A stretch of 63,596 nt of DNA, the filler included. It is 8 parts of 8 records of this genome, joined end to end, with 100 filler letters (N's around TTAATTAATTAA, not from the genome) between each part and the next. Parts side by side here need not be neighbours in the genome. Positions count along the whole stretch, not along the records: positions 41,730 to 49,033 come from SRR31147125_2308; positions 49,134 to 55,565 come from SRR31147125_2332; 6 more parts are not named here. One strand, written 5' to 3'. The first letter of the stretch is position 1; the number at the start of each line of letters is the position of its first letter. Under the pieces are notes generated by a model. It was not told the DNA's origin, did not search any database, and saw nothing but the letters and a program-made list of their open reading frames with translations. This document shows, piece by piece, positions 41,750-52,102 of the stretch. A program made the position numbers and the translations under genes.

Positions 41750-43234
41750 TTATTGCTTTTTTAAGTGATATAAATATTCAAGTTTCTCCATATTTCCGTC
41801 ATCAATATAAAAATCATCCTTTATTTTTCCCTGCGAAAGATTAAGAATCCTATCACAAGAGTTTATTAAAAATTCATAGTCATGTGTAATAATTATAACT
41901 GTTTTCCCTTGCTGTTTTAAACTATTTACGACCGCCGTAACTTTTTGCATATTTATATAATCAAGTCCGCTAGTCGGTTCATCCATTATTACCACAGAGC
42001 TTCCCTTCACTATACTTAAGGCAATTGTTATTCGTTGTTTCTGACCTCCTGATAAAGTCAGTGGATGTTTTTCCTTCAAACCTTCAAGATCAAATTCTGA
42101 CAAAATTTGCTCTACTCTTTCCTTTGATATATTTTCATTCACTTTTCCAAGAAAAAACTCTGACAAGACACTTTCACTAAACAACTGGTAATCTGTATCC
42201 TGTAACACCAAAGAGACCTCTTTAACTCGATCTCTTGATTTGATTTTTTTATTATCAAAATAAATATCTCCTCGTTTTTCTTTATGTAAACCTGCCAAAA
42301 GTTTTGCAAATGTTGTTTTTCCTGCACCATTTTCTCCCAATAAAGCTATTACTTCACCTTGGTATAATTTAAGAGAAATATTATCTAACAATCTATTATT
42401 TTTATTAAACCAAAACTCTAAATTATTTATCTCTACTTTTACTTTCTTTTTCTGATTTCCTTGTATATATTCTTCTTGGTATTTTTTCTCAAATTCAAGA
42501 TTAAATTTTCTCAGACCTCTTTTTTCGAAGTCACTATTATTTAACATCTGAATACTTTCCCTGCAAAACTCCTCTTCTATCATGCCGGATTTTACATAAT
42601 ATATTTTATCAAACAGCTTGTTTAAGTAATAAAGCCTGTGCTCTGATATAATAAGTGTATAACCGTTTGCTTTTAATTGATAAAGAATTTTCTCCAGGTT
42701 TTTTATCGCTTCATAATCCAAATTTGCGGATGGTTCATCCAGTAAAATAATCTTAGGTTTTTGAATCAAAACTGAAGCTATTGCGAGTTTTTGCCTTTCT
42801 CCACTGGAGAGATTAAATATTTTTTTATTAAGTAAACCTTCTATTTTTAATACTGGTATAATCTTTGCTATTCTACTCTCTATCTCTTCTTTTGGAATTC
42901 CAAAATTCTCACATGTAAATACAAGCTCTGATAATACATCTGTACAAAAGAATTGACTTCTCGGATCCTGAAATACCGACCCTGTATATGCTGAAATATC
43001 GGCAATTGACATTGTTAAGTGATTATTACCATTTATTCTGATTTCACCATTTAGCTTTCCCCCAATATAATTAGGTATTAAGCCATTTAATAGTCGAGTA
43101 ACTGTAGTTTTTCCTTCACCACTTTTCCCAGCTAATACAACGCACTCTCCCTCCTGAATATGTAAATTTAAATTTTTTAAACATGCCTTTTTACTATTTT
43201 CATAGAAAAACTCAACATTCTTAAATTTAACCAT
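41750..43234 (-). CDS. ECF transporter ATPase with duplicated ABC domains
   Basis: Two Walker A motifs (GKSGEGKT, GENGAGKT), VFQDPRSQFF, and signatures LSSGERQK and LSGGQKQR. Confidence 0.92.
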   Translation of the reverse strand: MVKFKNVEFFYENSKKACLKNLNLHIQEGECVVLAGKSGEGKTTVTRLLNGLIPNYIGGKLNGEIRINGNNHLTMSIADISAYTGSVFQDPRSQFFCTDVLSELVFTCENFGIPKEEIESRIAKIIPVLKIEGLLNKKIFNLSSGERQKLAIASVLIQKPKIILLDEPSANLDYEAIKNLEKILYQLKANGYTLIISEHRLYYLNKLFDKIYYVKSGMIEEEFCRESIQMLNNSDFEKRGLRKFNLEFEKKYQEEYIQGNQKKKVKVEINNLEFWFNKNNRLLDNISLKLYQGEVIALLGENGAGKTTFAKLLAGLHKEKRGDIYFDNKKIKSRDRVKEVSLVLQDTDYQLFSESVLSEFFLGKVNENISKERVEQILSEFDLEGLKEKHPLTLSGGQKQRITIALSIVKGSSVVIMDEPTSGLDYINMQKVTAVVNSLKQQGKTVIIITHDYEFLINSCDRILNLSQGKIKDDFYIDDGNMEKLEYLYHLKKQ

Positions 43235-43259
43235 AATATTACCTTCCCTAACAAGTTTA

Positions 43260-43961
43260 TTAAGATGATGTTATTACTAAGAGTATTGATAATAATAAAG
43301 TCAAAATAATTACAGTATAATCCATTTTATTCATCGAAACATTATAAAAAGATGTTCTTTTTTCTTTATGCTCTACTCCACGTATTGCAGCACTTATAGC
43401 CAGCTCTTCTGCTATTTTCATACTTCTAAATAAAAGAGGTACCATAATGTACTCAAAACTTTTTAAAGGACTTAACAACGAGCAGTTTATTTCCCTTAAC
43501 TTCATATTATCACTTATCTTTTTTGATTCCTCTTTAATCGTTGGTATGTATCTAAATGCAACTGTTAATGCAATTATAAATTCTCTCGGAAGCTTCATCT
43601 TTTCCAAAACATTAATAAACTCATTTGTTTTAATTGTATTGATTATTATTGAGCTAATTATTAATAGCGGAAGTAAATTCATTACAATATAAAAACTTAA
43701 GTTCACCACTATTCTCAAACTTTGATTATTTATATACTCTGAATAATTTTGTAGAATAAAGCTCACAGTATATACAAGTATAAATTTTAGCATCTGTTTA
43801 TATATTCCTGATAAAATTGCTAATACCAAAGCCGTAATTATACAGAAATGATTTAGCATTCTATTCTGAACAAAGAATATAAATATGCTGAATAATATAT
43901 TTATTAAAAACAATGTCCTCACATCAAATTTAAATTTTTTCATTTCCCAGTACCCTTTCAC
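43260..43961 (-). CDS. ecfT: ECF transporter T component
   Basis: FRYIP, VPLLFRS and AAIRG coupling-helix motifs. Confidence 0.88.
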   Translation of the reverse strand: MKGYWEMKKFKFDVRTLFLINILFSIFIFFVQNRMLNHFCIITALVLAILSGIYKQMLKFILVYTVSFILQNYSEYINNQSLRIVVNLSFYIVMNLLPLLIISSIIINTIKTNEFINVLEKMKLPREFIIALTVAFRYIPTIKEESKKISDNMKLREINCSLLSPLKSFEYIMVPLLFRSMKIAEELAISAAIRGVEHKEKRTSFYNVSMNKMDYTVIILTLLLSILLVITSS

Positions 43962-44052
43962 CTCTCATTTGTATTAATTTCGTTAGATGTTTAGCTAAAC
44001 TTTTAATTTGCCAATCAAAACAATTTATGATACCATAACTTTATAAAAGGAG

Positions 44053-44724
44053 GTGTCCCATATGAGACAATCGGAATATCGAATTAACGATAAACATAAA
44101 AAGTCAATCCAAAATAATTTTTTCTTCCAGGATATGGCTGACAATGAAATCGCTAAATTTTTCAAACAATATAAATGGCAACTCAAATCATATGAAAAAG
44201 ATGAAGTTGATTTTGATGAAAAAATTTTCCTTGAAAATTTGAATATTATTTTAGAAGGATTTGTTAAAATAGTTAAATTAACTGAAAACGGAAAAGAGAT
44301 CATTTATAGTATTGTTGAACCTGGATCTTGTTTTGGTTTTGCTTCCATATATACAGATTTAAAAATGGAAGGACTTCAAACTGAAGCAATGCAAAAAAGC
44401 TTGATTCTTAGTATTGAAAGTTCAGAATTCAGAAAAATCATCTCTGAAAGAGAGGATTTTTTCTTAAAATTCATGCAATTTCAGGAGTATAGATTTCACT
44501 TTTTCGTTAGAAGATTTGAAAATTCTTGTATTACTTGTCCATATGAAAAGTTAATCTATTATATTGATTTTATGAAAAAATGGAATGTTAATAAAATTAC
44601 TATGCCTAAAACACATCTTGCTAATTATTTAAATATTGGAAGAGCAAGCCTTTATAGAGAACTAAATAAGTTAAAAGATGAAGGATTAATTGAAACTATT
44701 GATGACATTATCCACATAAAATAA
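44053..44724 (+). CDS. Crp/Fnr-family regulator
   Basis: cNMP-like domain (ILEGFVKI..LTENGKE) and HTH LANYLNIGRASLYRELNKLKDEGLI. Confidence 0.88.
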   Translation: MSHMRQSEYRINDKHKKSIQNNFFFQDMADNEIAKFFKQYKWQLKSYEKDEVDFDEKIFLENLNIILEGFVKIVKLTENGKEIIYSIVEPGSCFGFASIYTDLKMEGLQTEAMQKSLILSIESSEFRKIISEREDFFLKFMQFQEYRFHFFVRRFENSCITCPYEKLIYYIDFMKKWNVNKITMPKTHLANYLNIGRASLYRELNKLKDEGLIETIDDIIHIK

Positions 44725-44744
44725 AAAAATAATTAATTTACACC

Positions 44745-44773
44745 TTGACAGACCAGTTGGTCTGTAGTATAAT
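44745..44773 (+). promoter_or_regulatory. Consensus sigma70 promoter with palindromic TetR operator in the spacer
   Basis: TTGACA-17-TATAAT; palindrome ACAGACCA-GT-TGGTCTGT at 44748-44765. Confidence 0.85.
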
Positions 44774-44858
44774 TTTCATAGAGGACATTATTGAATAGCA
44801 AATTATTTCTTTTTTTGATAGAATAGAGTTATCAATTTTGAAAGTAAGGTGTTAATCT

Positions 44859-45425
44859 ATGACTACAAAAGATAAAATTCTTAATACATTTTATGAGCTC
44901 GTTGCTGAAAAAGGATATGAAAAAGCAAGTATGAATGATATCGTCAAAACTGCCGGTGTTTCCAAAGGAGCTATTTATCATCATTTCAATAGTAAAGAAG
45001 AGTTATTTATTCAAGCTGTTACTCATTTCTTTACACAAGTAAGTGAAGATTTATTTGATATCTCTCAACTAACTAAGGATAACTATATCGATACATTAAA
45101 ACAACTTGGTTTAGCATTTTTCAAAAATATCCAAAACAATGGAAGCTTTAATAGGCTTTTTTATGAGTTTCTAATGGCCTCCATAAGATATGAAAATATT
45201 AAAAATTCTATGAAGGATCTTATTTCAACGTATTTTACAATGTTAGAAAGTATTTTCATTGAATTAAAAGAGCGAGAAATCATTGATGAGAGTATTGATC
45301 ATAGACTAGTTTCACAAAAGTTTTTTATTTTCTTAGATGCTCTTTCTCTATATATAACTTATGAGCTTGATCTAAATTATGAAGAGTTATGGAGTAGCTT
45401 TGTCGATCAACTATTTAAAAAATAA
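44859..45425 (+). CDS. TetR/AcrR-family regulator
   Basis: KGYEKASMNDIVKTAGVSKGAIYHHFNSKEELF. Confidence 0.95.
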   Translation: MTTKDKILNTFYELVAEKGYEKASMNDIVKTAGVSKGAIYHHFNSKEELFIQAVTHFFTQVSEDLFDISQLTKDNYIDTLKQLGLAFFKNIQNNGSFNRLFYEFLMASIRYENIKNSMKDLISTYFTMLESIFIELKEREIIDESIDHRLVSQKFFIFLDALSLYITYELDLNYEELWSSFVDQLFKK

Positions 45426-45475
45426 TATACATTTTGAACATGCCTAATACTGGCATGTTTTATTTCAAAAAATCG

Positions 45476-45491
45476 CAGACTGACCAGTCTG
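45476..45491 (+). promoter_or_regulatory. Second TetR-like operator
   Basis: CAGACTG-AC-CAGTCTG has the same CAGAC-N6-GTCTG geometry as the first operator. Confidence 0.7.
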
Positions 45492-45509
45492 TATGTAGGA
45501 GGGGTTATT

Positions 45510-46241
45510 ATGAAAATCTATTTCATATCATTACTTATGTTTATTCTATCAGCTATATCATTAGCTACAGATGGGCAATGGATACTTGAAAAATTAGATG
45601 CAAACACAAAGTTCAATTCTGTTTACTCAAAAGCAAAAATGACAATTATTAACAACGGTAAAACTACATCAACTATGGAGTTTGAAGGTTTATCAAAAAA
45701 AGTTGGTGATGAAACCTATCAACTATCTAGATATTATTATCCAGCTAGGTTAAAGGGAACTGCCATTTTATCAAAAGAAGGTAATATCTGGTACTATAAC
45801 AAAAGAAGTAATAGAGTCAGACTTCTTTCTAAAAGCGCAAAAAAAGGAAGCATGATGGGCTCTAGCTTCTCCTATGATGATATAGAGATGGATTATTTAA
45901 AAGATTTTGCCAGTGAAGTTATTTCTGAAAACAGAAAAAACTATATATTAAGACTATTTCCAATTGATGAAAGTAAAAAATACAAATATTTAAAACTAGT
46001 TATCTCTAAAGAGGTATTTTTAGCTGATTCTATTGAATATTATGATGAAAATGAAATAAAATACAAAACTTTAAAAATAAGCAAATATAAACAGTTTGAT
46101 AATAGATGGTATGAAACTGATCTTGAAATGACAGATGATATTAGTGGAAAAATGACAAAAATAGAAACCTATGAAGACTCAATAAAAGTCGATATAAAAC
46201 TCTCCGACAATGAGTTCTCAGAGAGAAAACTTAAAAAATAG
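45510..46241 (+). CDS. Outer membrane lipoprotein-sorting (LolA-like) protein
   Basis: Signal peptide; P...KGT..L, W.Y......RVR and S.MGSSFSYDDI motifs. Confidence 0.85.
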   Translation: MKIYFISLLMFILSAISLATDGQWILEKLDANTKFNSVYSKAKMTIINNGKTTSTMEFEGLSKKVGDETYQLSRYYYPARLKGTAILSKEGNIWYYNKRSNRVRLLSKSAKKGSMMGSSFSYDDIEMDYLKDFASEVISENRKNYILRLFPIDESKKYKYLKLVISKEVFLADSIEYYDENEIKYKTLKISKYKQFDNRWYETDLEMTDDISGKMTKIETYEDSIKVDIKLSDNEFSERKLKK

Positions 46242-46257
46242 AGGAGGTGTTTATTTT

Positions 46258-47313
46258 ATGAAAAAAATATTGTGGACAACATATCTAGCACTAGCTATAA
46301 ACACTTTCTCCTATGATACTATCACTGAATTATATATAAAAAATTACTTTGCTGATAATGTTCGGACACTTAGCCCTGAGGCGAAATTAGTTATTGATGA
46401 AAGTGAATATGATAACTTTGAGTTAAATCTTGAGTTAGCAATTAATGATGAAGAGAGTAAAGTCGATGTAGCCAAAATGAAGTTTTATTATGACGATAGT
46501 GATTTGGAAATTGGACGAAATCGAATAGGTTGGGGAGTAGGAACTAATTTTAATCCCAGCGATATCTTTAATGCTAAATCTCTTAGTTCAGCTTTTGATC
46601 CATTCTATAGAAAAGAGGGAAGAGACAGTTTAATCTATACCAAATATTTCTCTAACTCAAACATGCAGATAGTTTATAGTTTTCCAACAAATAAAACGAT
46701 TAACTCACTTGATGACAAGAGAGATTCGGATATTGGTTTAAAGTTTAAAAAAAATCTCTTAGATTTTGATAGTGAATTGATATATATATCAAAGGGAAAA
46801 CATGAAAGGTTTATAGGTGTCGAGGAAGAAAAAGACTCTCTCTACGGAATCAACTTGAAGGGAGATATTCCAGCTACTAATTTTGGTATTTGGAATGAGA
46901 TGATCTATTCAACAGAATATGAGGAGATTGGTTCTGCTTTTGGAGTTGATACCTATTTTGGCGAAAAATACTATTTCAATTTGGAGTATTTCAGAAATTA
47001 TACTGGTGAGCAAAATAAAGCAGATTACAATTTTGCTCTAAGTTCTGTACAAGAAAATTTGGCAAAAAACTATCTTATTCCAGCATTTCAAATTGATTTC
47101 AATGAAAAGTTAAATACGTATACTTACCTTATGATTAACCTTGATGATAGCAGTTTTATTTTAGGCGATACTCTTAACTACTATTATAATGATATAGTTT
47201 CAATTAATTTTGGTATCTATTATCAAGCTGGTGATGATGATACTGAGTATGGCTATTATCGTGATGAATATGGAACTCTCAATGCAGGTGGTACAATTAA
47301 GGCAATATTTTAA
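46258..47313 (+). CDS. Probable outer-membrane beta-barrel/porin
   Basis: Signal peptide after GGAGG RBS, IGRNRIGWG...NPSDIF motif, C-terminal Phe. Confidence 0.7.
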   Translation: MKKILWTTYLALAINTFSYDTITELYIKNYFADNVRTLSPEAKLVIDESEYDNFELNLELAINDEESKVDVAKMKFYYDDSDLEIGRNRIGWGVGTNFNPSDIFNAKSLSSAFDPFYRKEGRDSLIYTKYFSNSNMQIVYSFPTNKTINSLDDKRDSDIGLKFKKNLLDFDSELIYISKGKHERFIGVEEEKDSLYGINLKGDIPATNFGIWNEMIYSTEYEEIGSAFGVDTYFGEKYYFNLEYFRNYTGEQNKADYNFALSSVQENLAKNYLIPAFQIDFNEKLNTYTYLMINLDDSSFILGDTLNYYYNDIVSINFGIYYQAGDDDTEYGYYRDEYGTLNAGGTIKAIF

Positions 47314-47350
47314 AGACAGACCGAAAAGTATATTTTCGGTCTGCCTCTTT
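47314..47350. terminator. Bidirectional terminator
   Basis: AGACAGACCGAAAA-gtata-TTTTCGGTCTGCCT followed by T-run, between convergent genes. Confidence 0.7.
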
Positions 47351-47365
47351 ATTTTACTTATACAA

Positions 47366-49033
47366 TTATATTTTCTTTAATTCAAATTGATGACACAATT
47401 GCCCCTTTGAACGTGTTACTGCAACATATATTATGTTTATCTCCTCTTCATACCATTTCTTAATTTTAGTATATAATGAAGGATTTTGCTGTTTAGAGTT
47501 TTTAACGAGATTTGACGCTTCATCTAAGTCTACGAAATCGTCTAAAACATAGATATTTTCATGTTCCATACCTTTAGCAGCATGAATTGTAGAAAGAATG
47601 ATATCACATTCTTCCTTATTATCAACTACCTGAGTTTTCATTTTCTCTATTAATAATCGTAACTTCTCTTTGAATTTATTAACCAAAGCTACTGATAAAA
47701 CAATTTCGTTATTCAATTCTGTTCTATCATCTATCGCTTTTTCCAAACTGTCATAAGTTCCATATCTCTTTAACTCACTTGTTTTTAATCTCTGTTTCTC
47801 ATTTAGATACATTCCAAGCACTTCTTCAAGAATTGTAAAATCAATCTTTCTAACAAAATATAACTTTTTATTTAAATTCTCTATTGCGTATTTAAATAAA
47901 CCAGCATTAGTCCTACCCAGAACTAACATTTGATATTTTGAATTAAGACTCTTAACAACTTTTTGGCTTGTATTTAAACCCTTTATTTCACTTATCTCTT
48001 TGTTTTTATATGACAATATTCTTTTAGCTAGACAAGCTAGGTCATCTCCAAATCTAAAAGAATTTGTCAGTTCAAGTATTACTGCATTACCTAGAGAACT
48101 AAAATATTCCATGGCATTTACAGCGCCACGCCATCTGTATATTTGTTGGTTTGTATCTCCAACAATAATTCTACGAGAACCAGGAAACTTAGTTTCTACA
48201 ATGTCTATCATAACATCATTTGTATCCTGTGCTTCATCTAGTAGAACTATATCATATATTTTACTTGGTTCTTTATTTAATTGATATAGCTTCAGGTAGT
48301 GATCATGTATTTGAGGAAGTTCTCCGTTTGACATTGCAATAAACATGTTTTTTACACGTCCCTGAATTTTATTATAACTTCTCACTAAGAGTTCATCATC
48401 ACGAAGTTCATCCCAGTTTTCATCAAGCGCTTCATATATAAGAGTATCAGTTTTTACATCAGCTTTTTTCAAATTAGCTTCATCTAACTCATCCAGTTTA
48501 AGCTTCATTTTTATAAAACTAAACAAAACTTTACCGTTTATTGTTGTTGTATCCAACTCCCCAAGGGATCTTCTGTATTTTATCTCATTGCTTATTATGA
48601 AAGGTTTTACTCTTTTTAATATTCGTTCCTTCATATTATATTTATAATCAATGAAATCAAGATTATTTTTTATAAACTCTTCCACCGTTTTTGATTTACT
48701 TTGCAGAAACCGTGTATATACTTCAATCAGATGTCTAGCATCTACAAAACTAACTTCATAGCGCTTAGCAATCATTGGTAAGTCAAGCCCTCTAACAATA
48801 TCTCCCCGAGAATAATCCCTATAAGCTAAACCGTGCCCTGTTTTAACAACTATATTTTTCAAGCCAGCACTTCTAAATTTTTCCTCGGCTTCTCTTTTCA
48901 TTGCGGAATTAAAAACAAGATACAAAACTTTTTTGTATCTGTTCTTAAGAGCTATTCCCATTAAAGTGCTTGTTTTCCCACTTCCTGCAACTGCATTAAC
49001 AACCAGTAGTTCATCCTGATTTTTAATGATATC
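47366..49033 (-). CDS. UvrD/REP superfamily 1 helicase, 5' partial
   Basis: The upstream frame gives NAVAGSGKT. Also LLDEAQD, VGD.NQQIYRWRGA, LTNSFRF, STIHAAKGME and YVAVTR. Confidence 0.92.
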   Translation of the reverse strand, partial: DIIKNQDELLVVNAVAGSGKTSTLMGIALKNRYKKVLYLVFNSAMKREAEEKFRSAGLKNIVVKTGHGLAYRDYSRGDIVRGLDLPMIAKRYEVSFVDARHLIEVYTRFLQSKSKTVEEFIKNNLDFIDYKYNMKERILKRVKPFIISNEIKYRRSLGELDTTTINGKVLFSFIKMKLKLDELDEANLKKADVKTDTLIYEALDENWDELRDDELLVRSYNKIQGRVKNMFIAMSNGELPQIHDHYLKLYQLNKEPSKIYDIVLLDEAQDTNDVMIDIVETKFPGSRRIIVGDTNQQIYRWRGAVNAMEYFSSLGNAVILELTNSFRFGDDLACLAKRILSYKNKEISEIKGLNTSQKVVKSLNSKYQMLVLGRTNAGLFKYAIENLNKKLYFVRKIDFTILEEVLGMYLNEKQRLKTSELKRYGTYDSLEKAIDDRTELNNEIVLSVALVNKFKEKLRLLIEKMKTQVVDNKEECDIILSTIHAAKGMEHENIYVLDDFVDLDEASNLVKNSKQQNPSLYTKIKKWYEEEINIIYVAVTRSKGQLCHQFELKKI

Positions 49034-49133
49034 NNNNNNNNNNNNNNNNNNNNNNNNNNNNNNNNNNNNNNNNNNNNTTAATTAATTAANNNNNNNNNNN
49101 NNNNNNNNNNNNNNNNNNNNNNNNNNNNNNNNN

Positions 49134-49473
49134 AGGTGGAATAGGTGTAATGAATATAATGCTAGTGAGTGTAACAGAGAGAACGAAGGAGATAGGGATA
49201 AGAAAAGCTATTGGAGCAAAAAATAGAGATATACTACTTCAGTTTTTAATTGAAGCCCTAACTTTAACAATAATCGGAGGAATAATAGGTCTTACATTTG
49301 GTTACACAAGTGCGCAGGTCGTAGGGAAATTTATTAAAATCAAACCAATACTAAGTATAAAGATGATGGTAGTTGCAGTATCAGTATCATCACTAATAGG
49401 TTTAATATTTGGAGTATTTCCTGCGATGAAGGCATCGAAATTAAATCCTATAGATGCACTTAGACATGAATAG
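49134..49473 (+). CDS. MacB/FtsX-like ABC permease, C-terminal part
   Basis: GVMNIMLVSVTERTKEIGIRKAIGA ... LNPIDALRHE. Confidence 0.93.
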
Positions 49474-49499
49474 GAATATAGAATCACGGAGGTATAAAA

Positions 49500-50174
49500 T
49501 TGATCAAATTAGAGAATATAAGTAAAGTTTATCAAACAGGAGAGATAAGTGTTACTGCACTTGATAAAGTGAATTTACATATAGAAAAAGAGGAGTTTGT
49601 AGCTATCACAGGGAAAAGTGGAAGTGGAAAATCAACAATGATGAACCTATTAGGATGTTTAGATAATTCAACGGATGGAACATACATACTTGATGGGATA
49701 GATGTTTCAAAAGTTAAAGATAATCAAATAGCTGAAGTGAGAAATAGAAAAATTGGTTTTGTATTCCAATCGTTTAATCTATTGCCTAGATTAACTGCCT
49801 TTCAAAATGTAGAGCTCCCAATGATATATGCAGATGTGAGTCCTAAAGAGAGAGAAAAGAAAGCAAAAGAAGCACTGGCAAGAGTAGGTTTAGCAGATAG
49901 AGGTCATCATAGACCAAATGAACTAAGTGGTGGTCAAAAGCAGAGAGTAGCAATAGCGAGGGCACTTGTGAATAGCCCAGCTATAATTCTGGCAGATGAA
50001 CCAACAGGGAATCTAGATAGTAAGTCTGAAGAGGAGATAATTGAGATTTTCAAAGAGTTAAATAATGAAGGAGTAACTATAATAATGGTAACCCATGAAC
50101 CTGAAATAGCGGCAAACTGCAAAAGAGCGATAACAATTAAAGACGGAAAAATAATAGAAGATAAGTTTAATTGA
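49500..50174 (+). CDS. MacB/LolD-type ABC ATPase
   Basis: GKSGSGKST, LSGGQKQRVAIARAL and ADEPTGNLD motifs. Confidence 0.95.
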   Translation: MIKLENISKVYQTGEISVTALDKVNLHIEKEEFVAITGKSGSGKSTMMNLLGCLDNSTDGTYILDGIDVSKVKDNQIAEVRNRKIGFVFQSFNLLPRLTAFQNVELPMIYADVSPKEREKKAKEALARVGLADRGHHRPNELSGGQKQRVAIARALVNSPAIILADEPTGNLDSKSEEEIIEIFKELNNEGVTIIMVTHEPEIAANCKRAITIKDGKIIEDKFN

Positions 50175-50294
50175 TTGCAGTGAAGGAGAATTATGAAGAG
50201 TGAAGAGAAAATAAGTGGTCAAAATATAATTTCATTATTATGGTTAAATAGCTGGTTTTTAGTTGTGGGAGCTGACGAAGATAAAGAAAAGCAA

Positions 50295-50340
50295 GATAAA
50301 TTGAAATAAGGCTGGATACTCAGCCTTATTTCAATTTATC
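50295..50340. terminator. 20-bp perfect inverted repeat between convergent ORFs
   Basis: GATAAATTGAAATAAGGCTG-gatact-CAGCCTTATTTCAATTTATC. Confidence 0.75.
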
Positions 50341-51077
50341 CCATGCAAGTTTAGCAAATTCATCTAAATCTTTGTGAAGTACATAATCAATTTGATTATC
50401 ATACGGAGTTGATTCTAGATTTATTATAATAGAAGGGCTAGTCTTAGCCAGAGTCATGATAACAGAGGCGGCAGGGTTAACTGTAAGTGATGAACCCATA
50501 ACCATAACGAGGTCATAATCAGGTTTGTTGTAGTAAAGGTCGTAGAACTCCTCTGGTAGATTTTCACCAAAGAAAACTACATCAGGTTTGATGATTCCTC
50601 CGCAACTACATTTTGGAATACTCCTTCTAAAACTGCAGGACTATATTCGTCAGCGTGGTATTTTTTATTGCAACTTTGACAGTGCGCAGTTGAATAAGTA
50701 CCATGGCATTCCAGAACTTTATTTGAGCCTGCAATTGTGTGAAGCATATCGATATTTTGTGTAACAATGAGAGATACCTTATTTTGTTCCTCTAGCCAAG
50801 TTAAAAACTTATGACATAGAGTGGGGGTTGAATCTTCTATAAACAGGTCTTTTGATAAACTAAAAAATGGCTTTGGATCCTCTCTAAAGTAATTAATATC
50901 AAAGATAGCTTCAGGATATGGTAGATCACCATATTTTTTAACAATGTTATATAATCCCTTTTCTCCTCTAAAATCAGGGATTCCGCTATTAGTACTTATT
51001 CCTGCACCAGTTAGTATGAGGATTTTATTTGATTTTTTAATTAGTTCAATAATTTCTGAAAAAGGGTTGTTATTCAT
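50326..51077 (-). CDS. cobB: NAD-dependent deacylase (Sir2/CobB), frameshift near 50620
   Basis: GAGISTNSGIPDFRG, TQNID and CHG..C..C motifs. The shifted frame reads IPKCSCGGIIKPDVVFFGE...GSSLTVNPAA...IINLE to TAA. Confidence 0.9.
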
Positions 51078-51113
51078 TTTTTTCTCCTCCTTAAAGAATT
51101 GTTATTTACTATA

Positions 51114-51968
51114 TTATAGCAGATAACTTATAAATTTATTAAGTTGCTCACTATTTTTTAGTTCTTTTCTTACAAGGATAGAGTGAGTTGTGTAGGCTAA
51201 CTTAGTATCAGTAATTTCCACTTTTTTTATTCGGCCACTTTTTAAATGTTCTATTGTTAATTCTTCATATGCAAATGCATAACCCAGACCTTTGTCGAGA
51301 AATTCAAGTGCTTCAGAAAATTGATTTATGGATAATCTTTTAATCATAGGTTTATTAACTACTGTATCCCACCAAATGTCAAAAGTTTTTTCAAAACTAC
51401 AAAAAATAAATTGAAGTTGTGCAAGCTCCTTCTTATTCACAGAATCTAAAAATTCACTATTATTTGGAGCTATTAAAATAATAGGATTTTTGGAAGTTTT
51501 AACTGCGTATAGATTATTTGATTGAGGAATGTGAGTTACAATTGCAGCATCTAATAATCCACTTTCCAGTTTGTTAATAAGCTCCTGAGTATGAGCAATA
51601 TCAATATGTATTGCAGTATCTTTTTCAATATCAGTGTAGTGTTTAACAGCTTCGATAACATAGCGTTTGTATGCAGAGTGAAATGCACCGATTTTTAATT
51701 GATGGTTAAATTTTAGGTTTTGTATAGTTTGAACAGCATCATTATCAAGGGAGATTATTTTTTTTGCATAGGGTAATAAAATTTCTCCTGCAATAGAGAT
51801 TCTAACATTTCTTTTTGATCTTTCAAATAATGCATGCCCGAGATAAGATTCTAACTCTTTGATTCTATTAGAAACAGTTGATTGAGTAATGAACAGCTCA
51901 TCTGCGGCTTTGGAAAAGTTAAGAGTTTCTGATAACTTGATAAAAGTTTTGTAATACTCGATATTCAC
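51114..51968 (-). CDS. LysR-family regulator
   Basis: NFSKAADELFITQSTVSNRIKELE HTH; divergent from the MFS gene. Confidence 0.95.
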   Translation of the reverse strand: MNIEYYKTFIKLSETLNFSKAADELFITQSTVSNRIKELESYLGHALFERSKRNVRISIAGEILLPYAKKIISLDNDAVQTIQNLKFNHQLKIGAFHSAYKRYVIEAVKHYTDIEKDTAIHIDIAHTQELINKLESGLLDAAIVTHIPQSNNLYAVKTSKNPIILIAPNNSEFLDSVNKKELAQLQFIFCSFEKTFDIWWDTVVNKPMIKRLSINQFSEALEFLDKGLGYAFAYEELTIEHLKSGRIKKVEITDTKLAYTTHSILVRKELKNSEQLNKFISYLL

Positions 51969-52102
51969 ATAAACCTCCCTTAAGATTGATTAATCGATAT
52001 TTTTAATTGATATGATCATTTTAATTCGTTTTACAAATACTTGTAAATATTATATCATAAACGCATATAATATGAAATTAAAGCTTCAGAGGAGGAAGGC
52101 TT

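Noticed and set aside
50326-51077. Sir2 anti-phage effector (Thoeris/DSR)
   Set aside because: It is a canonical zinc-binding CobB-type deacylase in a housekeeping context.
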